From Histomonas meleagridis 2922-C6/04-290x (lineage: Eukaryota > Protista > Parabasalia): DNA of 64,000 bases. The stretch's first letter is position 1. Each line of letters opens with the position of its first letter. The notes beneath the pieces were generated by a model. That model was not told the origin of the DNA. It was given only the letters and a program-made list of their open reading frames with translations, and did no database searches. Position numbers and translations under genes: made by a program. The DNA lies in contig JAANOX010000097.1 of assembly GCA_020184695.1 (NCBI GenBank), forward strand, positions 1-64,000. The letters are read 5' to 3'. Below are positions 1 to 12,162 of this stretch, one piece after another.

Positions 1-808
1 GTTGATGAATGTATTTTAATACTATTGCAAGTGATTTCTTCAACAAATTTGCATAAAATGTTAACTCTGAAGATCTTGAGCAATTTTGTTTAATATGTTT
101 TAAGGGTGCTGATTCCAATCCGACTTTAGAAGTATTTCATTGTGCATTACAATTTTCATAAACATTAATTTCTCAACCGAAATTTGTTTAATCTTCCCAA
201 GTTGGTAATATAACTTTGGAATTAGCTTTAGTAAAAAAACAAATTAGGAAATTAAAGTCAAAGAAAATAAATTAATTAATAAATGTATATTAATGTTTTG
301 CATATAGAAAGTTACAGAATGTTTTCCACTTAATGAAGAGAAACTTTTTACGTAATGCACGTAAATAAGTTAATGAGAATTTAAGATATAGAAATAATAA
401 AACAGATGAAACACAAAGTTTCGATGATAATGATATCAAATTGGATAATATATATGATGAAGATGGACATGGTCTAAATGATTGACGTGAAATTGTACAG
501 CAAATAATGAGACAAATGCAGAATTTAGATGACGAAGGACTCAAATTCGACAAAATATGTAACATGTATTGAAAGAAGTGCTGAAGAAAAATCAAATAAG
601 AAAAATGATGACGACTAAAGTGATGAATCAGATGGCCTGAATGAAATAGCAGAACATTTCAGAAGAGAAAATTGAAATGTATCAAAAACGCATTCGTTTT
701 GTTTAGAACAATCCATCCACACATCCACCTAATAAATCAATTATTTAACATTATTATGTTTAAAGAATCAACACATAATTATTATTTAATTTTTTGCATT
801 CGTTAATA
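1..808 (+). mobile_element. Degenerate transposase-derived repeat (possibly P-element/THAP9-like C-terminus), likely extending left of the window
   Basis: 57-155 translates NVNSEDLEQFCLICFKGADSNPTLEVFHCALQ, resembling the NQDxLExFF..GG.N.NPT motif of P-type transposases. Several stops follow. A near-identical inverted copy lies at 19516-20253. Confidence 0.45.
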
Positions 809-1290
809 ATACAATAAATTGAAATTTTAATCACGATAACGTATCCAAAAAACAAAAAAAGCTTCTTTTTATTAGAATGAGTTTTAACGGTTAATCCATT
901 TTAAAATCGAAATAAATTCAAATTGGTATACAACTTTTTGAATCAAAAATAATCGTTTGGAAAACCAAAGTCATTTTTGGTGTAATCAAAGACCAAACAA
1001 CAAAAGAAAAAATGGGAAATGAATAAAAATGGAAATATTTTTATTTTGTGTGTATAATATAGAGTATAAATAACAAAATAAGTTTAACAACATATATTCA
1101 CAATAAATATAACTTACAAACGAAATCCATGGATTGATTATGATGACTCTCTTTTCACCCGGACAGCAAGTAATGTCCATCGGCCATAATTATTAAGCGT
1201 CTATAAGCCAGTAATTTTGGCCATCTGCAACAAAAAGCTGTCCAACGTGTTTCTCCACTTTTACTGTATTTCCAACAGGGTGGTTTTTAT

Positions 1291-1310
1291 AACCGTTAAA
1301 ACTCATTTTT
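1291..1310 (+). promoter_or_regulatory. Myb-site-like (M3-type) AACCGTT plus Inr TCATTTTT upstream of the ankyrin gene
   Basis: aaccgttaaaac-tcattttt-cat-ATG(1314) matches trichomonad core promoter architecture. Confidence 0.55.
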
Positions 1311-1313
1311 CAT

Positions 1314-4040
1314 ATGCCTAATAATGATGCTACCACAAATACAGAAGATAAAAATTCGAATAATCTATCAACCAGCTTGAAATTCTTAATCGAGCTTGAG
1401 AAAACTATATTCAGTTTAACCGAAGAAAACATTCAGCCTTCCATTAAAAAAGTATTAAAATTATTTGATTCAAATAATCCCTATACATTTAATACGATTA
1501 TAAGTAGCATCGTTTATAATGCATTTTCATCACCAAAGCATTTATTTGATATTTACTTAAATTTTTTAAAAACACTTCAATCTAAAGAAGAAGAAATTAA
1601 TCAAAGTGACGTTAAACTAATTTCAATTTTTGTCAAACGTATATCTACAAAGAACGCACAAGAATCATATTATTTAATCGAGAAACTAATTGAACAAAAT
1701 TTAATTGATAAAAATATCACAAAAAATATTAATTCAAAATATTTTGCTCATTATAAAATAGAAGAAGAAAACCAAAATCAAACACACAGAGCATTTGGTC
1801 CAATCGTAAAATACTTTATGGATCATTATGAAGAGCTATCAAAGAATGATTGGAAACTTCATAAGCAATTAATTAAAGAAGGAGTTAATCCTAATGAAAT
1901 TTCGAAAATAATTCGAAATGATGAAATTGAAAAACTTCAAGAAATATCATCACTAACAAATTTTGATTTTAATCAAATAATTGAACCATCACTTTATGAA
2001 AGGTGTTCATTTATTAATCAAAAGAATGTTACATTAATTGATTATGCAGCATTTTTTGGATCTGTTAAATGTTTTAAATATTTACTTATGAATGGTGCAA
2101 ATGTAATAAATACAGGTAAATATGCAGTTGCAGGTGGAAATCTTGAAATTATTCATTTGTGTGAACAAAACAATTCATCATTTGAAGATGCATATGAAAC
2201 AGCAATTAAGTTCCATCAAAATGATATCTTTATCTATCTTTATGAAAATAAATTAGAAAAAATACAATCAATACCGAAAATGTCTGAAGATAAAACTAAT
2301 GATTTAGTAAGTTTTTGTATTGAGAAAGATAATTATAAAATTTTAACATTTTTGGAAGAAAAAGGAATTAATGTTAATGCTAATAATATAAACCAATCAT
2401 CAAGAAATGGAAATTTATATCTCGTTAAATATTTCCTTAAAAATAGTCAAATTCCAAAAAATATTTTGCCATATGCTTCAGAATCAGGAAATATCGAACT
2501 TGTGAAATATGTTTTAGAACAAGAAGGAATTGATGTTAATGCAAAATATATTCATTTAAATATTTTGGAATATGTTTTAATAATTTATAATAAGTTTTAA
2601 TGATTTGGAATATGTTTTAATAATTTGAAACAGCACTTCATATAGCAGTTAAAAATAATAATATAGAAATAGTAAAATTACTTTTAGATAAAGGAATTGA
2701 TGTTAATGCAAAAACTATTCATTTGAATAATTTTGGATATGTTTTAATAATTTAGAATATGTTTTAATAATTTTATATATGTTTTAATAATTTGAAATAT
2801 GTTTAAATAACCTGAAACAGCACTTCATATAGCAGTTAGAAATAATAATATAGAAATAGTAAAATTACTTTTAGATAAAGAAATTGATGTTAATGCAAAA
2901 AATATTCATTTTTATAATTTGAAATATGTTTTAATAATTTTATATATGTTTTAATAATTTGAAATATGTTTTAATCATTTGAAACAGCACTTCATATAGC
3001 AGTTAGAAATAATAATATTGAAATAGTAAAATTACTTTTAGATAAAGAAGGAATTGATGTTAATGCAAAAAATATTCATTTGATTAATTTTATATATGTT
3101 TTAATAATTTGGAATATGTTTTAATAATTTGAAATATGTTTTAATAATTTGAAATATGTTTTAATAATTTGAAACAGCACTTCATATAGCAGTTAGAAAT
3201 AATAATATTGAAATAGTAAAATTACTTTTAGATAAAGAAGGAATTGATGTTAATGCAAAAAATATTCATTTGATTAATTTTATATATGTTTTAATAATTT
3301 GGAATATGTTTTAATAATATTATTTATGTTTTAATAATTTTGGATATTTTTTAATAATTTGGAATATGTTTTAATAATTTGAAATATGTTTTAATAATAT
3401 TATTTATGTTTTAATAATTTTGGATATTTTTTAATAATTTGGAATATGTTTTAATAATTTGAAATATGTTTTAATAATTTGAAACATCACTTCATATAGC
3501 AGTTAGAAATCATAATATTGAAATAGTAAAATTACTTTTAGAACAAAAAGGAATTGATGTCAATGCAAAAAGTATTTATTCGAATAATTTAGAATATGTT
3601 TTAATAATTTTATATATGTTTTAATAATTTGGAATATGTTTAAATAATTTGAAATATGTTTAAATAATTTGGAATATGTTTTAATAATCTGAAATATGTT
3701 TTAACAATATTTGACTGCAATTCAAATTGCACAACAAAAAGGTTACACAGAAATAGTAATTTTACTTCTTGGAAAAAGTACAAACGAAAATTCCAATTCA
3801 GACTCTTCTTCTATAAACATCAAATCTTCATTTTCAATAAGATATGGAAATAAAGCATATATTACGAATGATCAAAATCAACTCGAAGATCAAATGTTCA
3901 CAGAAAACAATAAAAAGAAAAGTATCAAAAGTGTTGATGTAAACACTCAAACATATGAAAATCATCAAAATCACAATATACATTATAACAAATATATTCA
4001 CAAAGCAAAACGAAAATACATCAATACTTTAATATTATGA
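1314..4040 (+). CDS. DUF3447-type ankyrin repeat protein; C-terminal repeats split by 17-nt+codon arrays
   Basis: ORF 1314-2600 has DYAAFFGSVKCFKYLLMNGA and AVAGGNLEIIHLCEQ. Stop-free ankyrin cassettes lie at 2630-2716, 2817-2903, 2984-3073, 3174-3263 and 3484-3573, with a terminal segment 3714-4040 (TAIQIAQQKGYTEIV). Confidence 0.75.
2550..3713 (+). repeat. 20-nt minisatellite (ATATGTTTTAATAATTT-NNN) confined to the spacers between ankyrin cassettes
   Basis: Spacers measure 80, 100, 80, 100, 220 and 140 nt, i.e. 4, 5, 4, 5, 11 and 7 units of 20 nt. Confidence 0.9.
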
Positions 4041-4708
4041 AGTACATTACAAGAAAAATTTCAACAAAAAATTGCTGGTAAAAAAACATGTCAAAAAACG
4101 TTTTTTACGTTTGAAAATAAAGTGTTAATGTTAAAAATGAATTTTTAAATTATGCAAGAATGATGCGCTATTTGCTTCGCTTTGCTCCGCAAACAATAAG
4201 AAATTTTTAAAATAAACACATTGAGATATATTAAATATTTATTTAGTTATATTAAAAATTGTTATTTTATTTTCGAGATTTCTATTTTAGATTCAGCTTA
4301 TATCTGGTCGGACTGCAATCTTAAATCTATGAATTTATAAAAGTGTCAGTACGATACAAAACACTTTTATGTCGATTTCAATTTCAAAACGTTTTTTGTT
4401 GTTTGTAAATATTTAAACGTAAAATATAAACAAAGCACTTTTTTGAAACACGAAGAAAAACACACAAGAAAACATTAAAAATATTGTTTTGTAAAAGTAT
4501 CATTTTACTTTCAACAAAATGAATATTTTAATGACCATTAAATCATTGTATATGGAAATTTGCCTTGGATGAGCCAAAACTTTTTAACTATTTATTTGGT
4601 CAAATCTCGTCTTCACTTTCCTTTTTCTGCCAATTTTTTTCTTAAGAATAAAACTCAAATTTGAGTAAATCAATTTTATGACATGTTAAAGTTGGGCGCT
4701 ACCAACTC

Positions 4709-7054
4709 ATGAGTGCTTCATCTGCTGTAATTGACATTGATGGGCTAGAAGTAATATTTCCATACCCTGTACCATATCCAGAACAAATTAAATATATGAC
4801 ACAGCTCAAATTATCACTTGATGCAGGAGGGCCTTGCGTTTTAGAAATGCCTTCCGGAACAGGAAAAACTGTTTGTATTCTTTCCTTAATTATCGCTTAT
4901 ATGAGTGCTGTCGAAGATTCGGGTCCACTTATTTATTGTACTCGAACTGTTCCAGAACTTGATCAAGGCATAGCTGAACTTGCAAATGTCAATAGAACAC
5001 GTATCGAAACTGCTGATCTTGACTATGACAAGAATTTTTTAGGCATTGCACTTGCATCACGTGTCAATGTCTGTATAAATCCAGAAGTATCCAAATTCAC
5101 GAATCGTTCTGATGTTGATTCAGAGTGTCGAAACCGAACTTTTCCATGGGCTGAAACACGATGTGATTATTATGATCACATGCTTATGAGACCTCGCCCA
5201 GGGGTTTATGGGATTCCCGAGATGAAAGAATTCAGCATGTCCAATGGTATTTGTCCATATTTTCTTATGCGACGATTAACGATGGAAGCCCAAGTCATTA
5301 TGTGTAGTTATGCTTATATCCTTGATCCTTCTTCTGCTGAAGTCTTAATCCCATTCATCTCAACAAACGCTATAATTGTCTTTGATGAGGCGCATAACAT
5401 TGATGATGTTTGCTGTGAATTTTTGAGTAGCTTTGTCGGGAAGAAAATCCTTGATAAATCAATAATATCTTTAAATTCAGGACAAGAAATATATAATGGA
5501 ATAAGAGAAAAAGAACAAGAAAATTTACAAAATGTTTTCGATAAACTTAAAGTTGATTTAGGAAATGATGAAAATGAAGTCGTGGCTGATGACACTTTAA
5601 GTATTTTGAAAAATTCAAAAATACCTGAATATATACTTAAGAGAGCTATGCCTTCTTCTCTTAGAACCTTTAATGATGTCCTCGAAAAGGCAAGAAAACT
5701 TGTTCAATTTTTCGCAGCATTTATTCAAGGAATAGAAAAACCGCCGGAAACCGATGACGAGACCGTTAGCGACGATCAGATTAATGAATCCATAACTGAT
5801 CAACAAGATTTCGTGTTACCGCCTGAATTTCAAGATCCTTCTGATAATATTGTTGATGTTGTCGAACAAAAAGTTGAGAAGTATACTGTTCAACAAGTGT
5901 TAAATTTAATCAAGAAAAAATGTGACATTAGTCGAGATGAACTTCTTTTTTTGGCAATCCGCTTTTCCAAGTTTTTAATCCAACAAAAAGTACCAAACAT
6001 TATTGTCTTTGATCCATTACTTGAAGTATTACAATATGCGCAATTATTAGCTGAGAATGTTAATGATAGTTATTGGGTATTTGTTGACCAAAACATTTCC
6101 CTTGATGAAACGTTTTTACATTTAACATGTGTTGATTCCACTATTGCATTTAAACGAGTTGTTGATCGATTTAAACGCGTTGTTATTACATCTGGAACAC
6201 TTTCGCCATTATCCGTTTACCCACTACTTTTAGGTTTTGAGCCTGTCTCTATGGTCAATTTCACGATGAGCTTTTCGCGAAGGTGTTTGTTACCAATTAT
6301 ATGTAGTAAGGGTTACGGAAATGTTAATCTTTCATCTTCATTTAAATATCGTTCAGATGAACAAATCGCGCATAATTATTATCAACTTTTGTTGAACTTT
6401 TGTAAAATCGTTCCAGATGGAATTGCTTGCTTTTTCCCTTCTTACGTATATCTTAAGCTTGTCTTTAGCATTTGGAATGATGATGGTTTGATACAAGAAA
6501 TTTTAAAATATAAATTAATTTTTATAGAGGCAAATTCGGGTGAAGAGACTTCAACAGCTTTTGCAAACTATAGAAAAGCTATCGAATGTGGCAGAGGAGC
6601 CGTTTTTTTGGGGGTGGCCCGTGGCCGCGTTTCAGAAGGTGTCGACTTCGCAGACCAATACGGGAGATGCGTAATATTGTTCGGATTACCTGTGAGAAAC
6701 ACACAATCAATGATCGTCCAAACTAGAGCTTCATTCGTGGAAGCGAAGTATCAGTTTAATAGAAAAGATTTCCTTTTATTTGACGCAATGAGAGCAGCAT
6801 CTCAATGTGTCGGAAGATTATTAAGATCTAAAAATGACTATGGAATTGTAATACTGGCTGATAGAAGATACGCAAGACCTGCTTTAATGGCGGAATTACC
6901 AAATTGGATTACACAATTCATGAATGAAAGTCAAATTTCAACAACAATAGATGAGGCAGTAGAAAAGAGCAGACAGTTTTTAGTACAAATGGCACAGCCG
7001 TTCAAATTTGATCCAACAAAACTAATTGAAACTCCAAAAGAAATCAGAAATTAG
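4709..7054 (+). CDS. ERCC2: TFIIH helicase XPD/Rad3
   Basis: LEMPSGTGKT, DEAHNID, GRVSEGVDF, RAASQCVGRLLRSKNDYG..DRRY; four candidate Fe-S cysteines (VCIN, ECRN, RCDY, ICPY). Confidence 0.95.
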   Translation: MSASSAVIDIDGLEVIFPYPVPYPEQIKYMTQLKLSLDAGGPCVLEMPSGTGKTVCILSLIIAYMSAVEDSGPLIYCTRTVPELDQGIAELANVNRTRIETADLDYDKNFLGIALASRVNVCINPEVSKFTNRSDVDSECRNRTFPWAETRCDYYDHMLMRPRPGVYGIPEMKEFSMSNGICPYFLMRRLTMEAQVIMCSYAYILDPSSAEVLIPFISTNAIIVFDEAHNIDDVCCEFLSSFVGKKILDKSIISLNSGQEIYNGIREKEQENLQNVFDKLKVDLGNDENEVVADDTLSILKNSKIPEYILKRAMPSSLRTFNDVLEKARKLVQFFAAFIQGIEKPPETDDETVSDDQINESITDQQDFVLPPEFQDPSDNIVDVVEQKVEKYTVQQVLNLIKKKCDISRDELLFLAIRFSKFLIQQKVPNIIVFDPLLEVLQYAQLLAENVNDSYWVFVDQNISLDETFLHLTCVDSTIAFKRVVDRFKRVVITSGTLSPLSVYPLLLGFEPVSMVNFTMSFSRRCLLPIICSKGYGNVNLSSSFKYRSDEQIAHNYYQLLLNFCKIVPDGIACFFPSYVYLKLVFSIWNDDGLIQEILKYKLIFIEANSGEETSTAFANYRKAIECGRGAVFLGVARGRVSEGVDFADQYGRCVILFGLPVRNTQSMIVQTRASFVEAKYQFNRKDFLLFDAMRAASQCVGRLLRSKNDYGIVILADRRYARPALMAELPNWITQFMNESQISTTIDEAVEKSRQFLVQMAQPFKFDPTKLIETPKEIRN

Positions 7055-7462
7055 AAAAATTCGTTATGAACGATATAAAATTCAATGGCAAAATATCGTT
7101 TTTCATTGAAAACTCTATCGTTGTTTGTATTCACGTTTTTTTTATTATTCCTAATCAATAAATATTTATAATGCATTTTTCATTTGTATCATTTTCATTT
7201 TGATTAAAAATCGTAAAAATATGAATAGTGTATATATGTATATTGATATGAAATTAACAAAACGTATTTAACTGTGATGATGTGTTAGAAAAATATATTG
7301 AACGCATTCTCCAATGGATGTTAGGAACTGAAAGTGATTCAAATTTATTTGATATACTGCTTCATTAATGGGAATAACAAATTCTATTAATAAACTATTC
7401 AATTTTCACAGAAGCTTATACATGACTTAAATGGAAATATCAATAAAACATAAATTTATCTT

Positions 7463-8038
7463 TTAGCAACATTTTGAAGAGTTATCATTTGGATTTGAGT
7501 TCAATTTCATCGGAGGAGGTACATCCTTCTTTGGAAAGTCTTTGAGTAATTTTGATAATGCTGTTTGAAACATAGCATCAATACCAACACCAGTTACAGC
7601 ACTAGTTTCTGCATAAAGAGCATGATATTTTTCTGCCATTTCAACAGCATAAGAATTTCCTATTTCCCTTTCAGCAACATCGACTTTATTTCCGCAAATA
7701 ACTATAATTATTTTTTCCTCTGTGTTTTCGTGAAGCTCATTTACCCAATAATCAACTGATCTAAATGAATTTGCACTTGTTACATCAAATACAATTATTG
7801 CAATCAAGGCACTGCGGTAATACATTGGTGCAAGACCGCGGTAAACTTCTTGCCCAGCTGTATCCCAAATAAGGAGTTGGTATGCTTTATCATTGAAGGT
7901 TATATCCTTTGTGATAAATGCGGCACCAATTGTTGGCGAAACCGTATCTGGAAGTGCACCTGTTCCATACTTTGAGACAATGCTTGTCTTTCCAACACCA
8001 CTATCTCCAAGGAAAACAATTTTAATAATTTCAGCCAT
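7463..8038 (-). CDS. Rab family small GTPase (Rab5/21-like)
   Basis: GDSGVGKTS, WDTAGQE, NKVD, ETSA, C-terminal CC. First ATG is at 8038; the track start at 8047 is TTG. Confidence 0.93.
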   Translation of the reverse strand: MAEIIKIVFLGDSGVGKTSIVSKYGTGALPDTVSPTIGAAFITKDITFNDKAYQLLIWDTAGQEVYRGLAPMYYRSALIAIIVFDVTSANSFRSVDYWVNELHENTEEKIIIVICGNKVDVAEREIGNSYAVEMAEKYHALYAETSAVTGVGIDAMFQTALSKLLKDFPKKDVPPPMKLNSNPNDNSSKCC

Positions 8039-8388
8039 TATTTGCAAACGGTTTCCATTTGAAATAATTCAATAAACTTTTGAATAGATTTATCAAACAA
8101 TTCAATAACCATCTCAAAAAATTGAGTAAAATATTTTAACGTTCTACATTTTATAATTTGGAGTTATTTTTTTTAACAAGAAAAATGGAAATATAAATAA
8201 TTTCTTTTTTTATTCTTTGCTGAATAAAATATTGCAGATAGACTCATTCAAGAGAACACTCACAAAAATTATGTCTCTTGTTTTAATTGAGTTTCAAAAT
8301 ATCAACTAATTTATACATGATTTATTAAAATGATAAAGTTGTAACATGATGATATTAAATTTCTAAAATTTTTCATAAAACAAATTTA

Positions 8389-9336
8389 TTAGTTAAAGTT
8401 CACATTCTCCGAAACTTTTCCGCCTTTTCTTTTCTCCCTTGACAGTTCCGCATCTCTTTTTGCTAATACTTCATAATTCTTCTTTAGGATTGCTGTTTTT
8501 TCTCTAATTGCTTCGAGTTCTTTTCTTGCATTATCTATTTTTATGCACATTGCCACATTACGACATTCCAGAATCTGTTGGACATTTGGTCTCCTTTCTG
8601 GATTTTTCTCCAGCATTGCAGATACTATTTTCCATAGTGAATCGCTGTACCTTGAGCTAAATCTAGGAACAATATCATTTCTTATATGAAGCTTTAGATC
8701 GCCTTCACCCATACATGTAAATGGTGGTCTAAGAGCAGCCATCTCGTATATAGTACATCCAAGTGCCCATATGTCGCTTTTTTCATCATAGCGTTTACCA
8801 GCGTTGAGTTCTGGTGACATATAATAAGGTGTACCAACCATTGTACGAGCATAATCAACTAAATGACGAGCTAGACCAAAATCCCCAAGCTTTATGTGGC
8901 CACCTGAATCAATAAATATATTGCCTGGTTTGATATCTCTATGAAGAATTTTGTCTGTTCCACAATGACATTCTTGTAATGCAAGAGCCATTTCAGTTAA
9001 AACAAGCCAGATTTGTTCTTCACGAATATATGTAGAGTTGGCTCGTGTTTTAGTTATAAGAGATTGGAGATCACCTCCAGGACAAAACTCCATGATAATG
9101 TATATTTTTTGATTTGGACGATCAACAACACGATCAATATATCTGACAATATGTGGATTTTTGAGTTTACGAAGGATGTTGACTTCATTAACTATCATTT
9201 TTCTAGCAGATGAATCCATTGTTCCGTAATAAATTTCTTTGACTGCTACTGTTTTACCATCTGCTTTCCTTGTTGCTTCCCAAACAGATCCAAAGCTTCC
9301 ATGTCCAAGTCTGTTCTTTAAAATGTAATTTTCCAT
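8389..9336 (-). CDS. NEK (NimA-related) Ser/Thr kinase
   Basis: GHGSFG, VAVKEI, HRDIKPGN, DFG, GTPYYMSPE, SDIWALGC, coiled-coil tail. Confidence 0.9.
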   Translation of the reverse strand: MENYILKNRLGHGSFGSVWEATRKADGKTVAVKEIYYGTMDSSARKMIVNEVNILRKLKNPHIVRYIDRVVDRPNQKIYIIMEFCPGGDLQSLITKTRANSTYIREEQIWLVLTEMALALQECHCGTDKILHRDIKPGNIFIDSGGHIKLGDFGLARHLVDYARTMVGTPYYMSPELNAGKRYDEKSDIWALGCTIYEMAALRPPFTCMGEGDLKLHIRNDIVPRFSSRYSDSLWKIVSAMLEKNPERRPNVQQILECRNVAMCIKIDNARKELEAIREKTAILKKNYEVLAKRDAELSREKRKGGKVSENVNFN

Positions 9337-9583
9337 CTGATAATAAAATTTCTAAACGTACATTCAAGAAAAATCTAAACGTTTTTTTTTGTAAACGGTT
9401 ATTTCCGGAAGAACCTGTTCAAAACACTAAACGAAAACATTTCTGATGATGCAAAATTGAATAATATGATACCAAAAATTTACCTTTACAGCAGTCAAAT
9501 TTGTAAACTACAGGCCAAAATCATTCATTCAAATCCTTATCAAAAGTAAAATATCACTCTATCGTTGTCTATAGTTTTCGGTC

Positions 9584-10645
9584 ATGCTCGATAGCTCTGC
9601 TTTATCTACAGCTGATTTAAAGCCAATTTCAAAGAAGCCACAGTATAGTAAAACAACAGGTACAAAGAAGGTATGTGTAAAAGTTCGTCATCGAAGGAAA
9701 ACATCGAGGAAAATGTCTATCGAAGAAGAAAGTGAACCAAGCATTTCCATAAATCAAAAATATGGTTCATACTCAGGAGTCAGATTGATTCGTGAAACTG
9801 ATCCAACACCTTTTTTCACAAATATTGAACCAATTGGATCTGGATTAACATCTGAAGTATATTTAACTACATATAAATCAAAAGAAATTGCAGTCAAAGA
9901 AATTAAATTAACCAAAGACCAAAGGAAATTTGTTTTTGACGAGATAAAAACGATGCATGAATTGCACTCAAGAAATTTAGTTCGAATGATCTCAGCGCAT
10001 GTTTACAATGAAACTGCGTGGATTTTAATGCAATACATGGATGCAGGATCACTAGCTGACATCCTCAGATATGTTCAATGCGATGAATCTCAAGTTGCAT
10101 TTATAATCAAGAAAGTACTCCGAGGCCTTAAGCGTATGCATGAAAAGGGAATTGTTCACAGAGATTTGAAATGCGGAAATATATTTTTATCAAAAGCAGG
10201 ATCAATCAAAATTGGTGATTTTGGGTTCTCCACTCAGTTAAATCCGCTCAAAACGGAGACCAGATCTGATTATATTGTTGGATCGCCATATTGGATGGCG
10301 CCCGAATTATCAGATAGAACTGCATATTCATTTAGTTCTGACATTTGGTCTATTGGCATAATGTGCATAGAGATGACAACAGGAAAGCCTCCTTACTCAC
10401 AGATTCCGCCGAAGAAAGTCATGAAGTACATAAAGAAATATGGAATTCCTAAACTTAGAGGATACTCCTCAGAATTCCGTGATTTCGTTGGAAAATGTAC
10501 TCAAACAGATCCTAATGATAGACCAAGCGCAACAGAATTGTTAAAACATAACTTTTTAAAGATGAAATGCGACAAAAAATCAATTGTCGAATTCATTCAA
10601 AATGGTCTACGTGCGGCAGAAGATGAAGAACTCTTTGGTTTTTGA
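9584..10645 (+). CDS. STE20/PAK-like Ser/Thr kinase
   Basis: MQYMDAGSL, HRDLKCGN, DFG, VGSPYWMAPE, DIWSIGI..E...GKPPY. Confidence 0.9.
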   Translation: MLDSSALSTADLKPISKKPQYSKTTGTKKVCVKVRHRRKTSRKMSIEEESEPSISINQKYGSYSGVRLIRETDPTPFFTNIEPIGSGLTSEVYLTTYKSKEIAVKEIKLTKDQRKFVFDEIKTMHELHSRNLVRMISAHVYNETAWILMQYMDAGSLADILRYVQCDESQVAFIIKKVLRGLKRMHEKGIVHRDLKCGNIFLSKAGSIKIGDFGFSTQLNPLKTETRSDYIVGSPYWMAPELSDRTAYSFSSDIWSIGIMCIEMTTGKPPYSQIPPKKVMKYIKKYGIPKLRGYSSEFRDFVGKCTQTDPNDRPSATELLKHNFLKMKCDKKSIVEFIQNGLRAAEDEELFGF

Positions 10646-10839
10646 GTTAGATCACTGCATTCTCTGTAAGAAGCAGTGTATTTAATAAATTATCTTTCAT
10701 GTTGATCTAAATTTTTATTACCTACATAAAACGAATGACATAAAATTCAATGAAGAATAACATTTTATACATTCCGACTTCTTATAAGTCGATCAATACG
10801 CGTTTTTGAACTAGATGGATGCAATGGCCGTTTAAATAT

Positions 10840-12162
10840 ATGAAATAAACGGTTTCAGGCTGGAGCCAACAACAATTGGAAACAGAAAAATCAATTTTTT
10901 TTCGGAGAATTCCCGAAATATTTGAAGATGAATATAATGAAGACGAGCTGAGAACACGTTTGAAACTTCTTTTACAAGGAGATTCATCACAAATACCATA
11001 TTTTGATCAATTCTTCTTCTTACCAGAAAATCGATCTTTATCACGTTGCCAATCTATTGAACAGCTTTTTCAATTTGTTCTTGCATTGTTTTATAATCCT
11101 GAAGATTTACAACTTACTTATCAATCCTTATGTGTTTTTGATCGTCTCTTTTCTTTTCCAAAATTAGATCTAAGCTTTATCGGGAACGACATGTTTTTTA
11201 TGCGTTGTATTACACTTATGTCAAATCCCATTAAAGAACTTGCTCAAGTATCATTAAATACATTAACAAATTTTATTGACGATTACAGAGTTTTTTTCCG
11301 GCGAGCATCTGAACTTGGATTTGTTGAACATATTCCTGATGTATTAATCCAAAACAATTCTTTATATGATGAAAATATTATCCAAAAGAACATTTTAACA
11401 ATATCTTATTCATTGATCAAACTCGAACCGCTTTTATTTTCTCCAGAACAAATGGCTATATTTTGGAATTTATCTCTTGCAATAATTCAATCAAATCCTT
11501 TGAACAAATACATTCGACATGAATTTACTGTGATGCAACGTCTTGTTCGGCATGGTTTCAAACCATGTATAGATGAGGGGCTAGCTAACCTAATTTTGTT
11601 GCTTACCGATTCACCAGGAAAAGTTCTTGATTTTATGTTTTCATTCCTTTGCAGTCTTTCCGAAAGGGAAACCGTTTTCAACTGGCTTTTTGATAACGGT
11701 TTCTTCTATCGTTTGTTAAATCGAACTGCCAACGAACCAGAAATCGGGTGTTATGTATTTAAGCTTCTGAATGCTCTCCCGTTTGTTCCTGACCAGATCA
11801 ATCCAATCCTTGAGTTGATTATGATGACACTCCAAAATGGAAATTTTCAAACAAAGATATCATGTATGAAGTATATTCATACTGTGATTGTTGAGAAACC
11901 TGAATGCATATCGGAATTACTCGGAGCAGGAATTTTGGTAAAGATTGCTGAAATTCTTGAAGTTAAAGATCCATCTTACGTTACCGAATGTTTGGATATT
12001 TTGTTGAAAATGTTTCCTCTGATTGAAGCAGCAAACATTGATGTCGCAAGCATACCGGGGTCAATAGAGCTGTACGATGTGTTACTGGAATTGATGGATG
12101 AAAGCACAGATTTTTTGCAAAATAAGTTAGAAAATTTGATTTCTTATTTCCCAGAAAACTAA
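10840..12162 (+). CDS. Armadillo/importin-alpha-like helical repeat protein; start unresolved
   Basis: Leu-rich ARM-like repeats (LNTLTNF, AGILVKIAEILE..D). The only nearby in-frame ATG (10840) is followed by AAA TAA; the track start at 10876 is TTG. Confidence 0.6.

Noticed and set aside
2521-3720. CRISPR-like repeat-spacer array
   Set aside because: The repeats are ankyrin-coding cassettes in a eukaryotic gene, and no cas genes are present.
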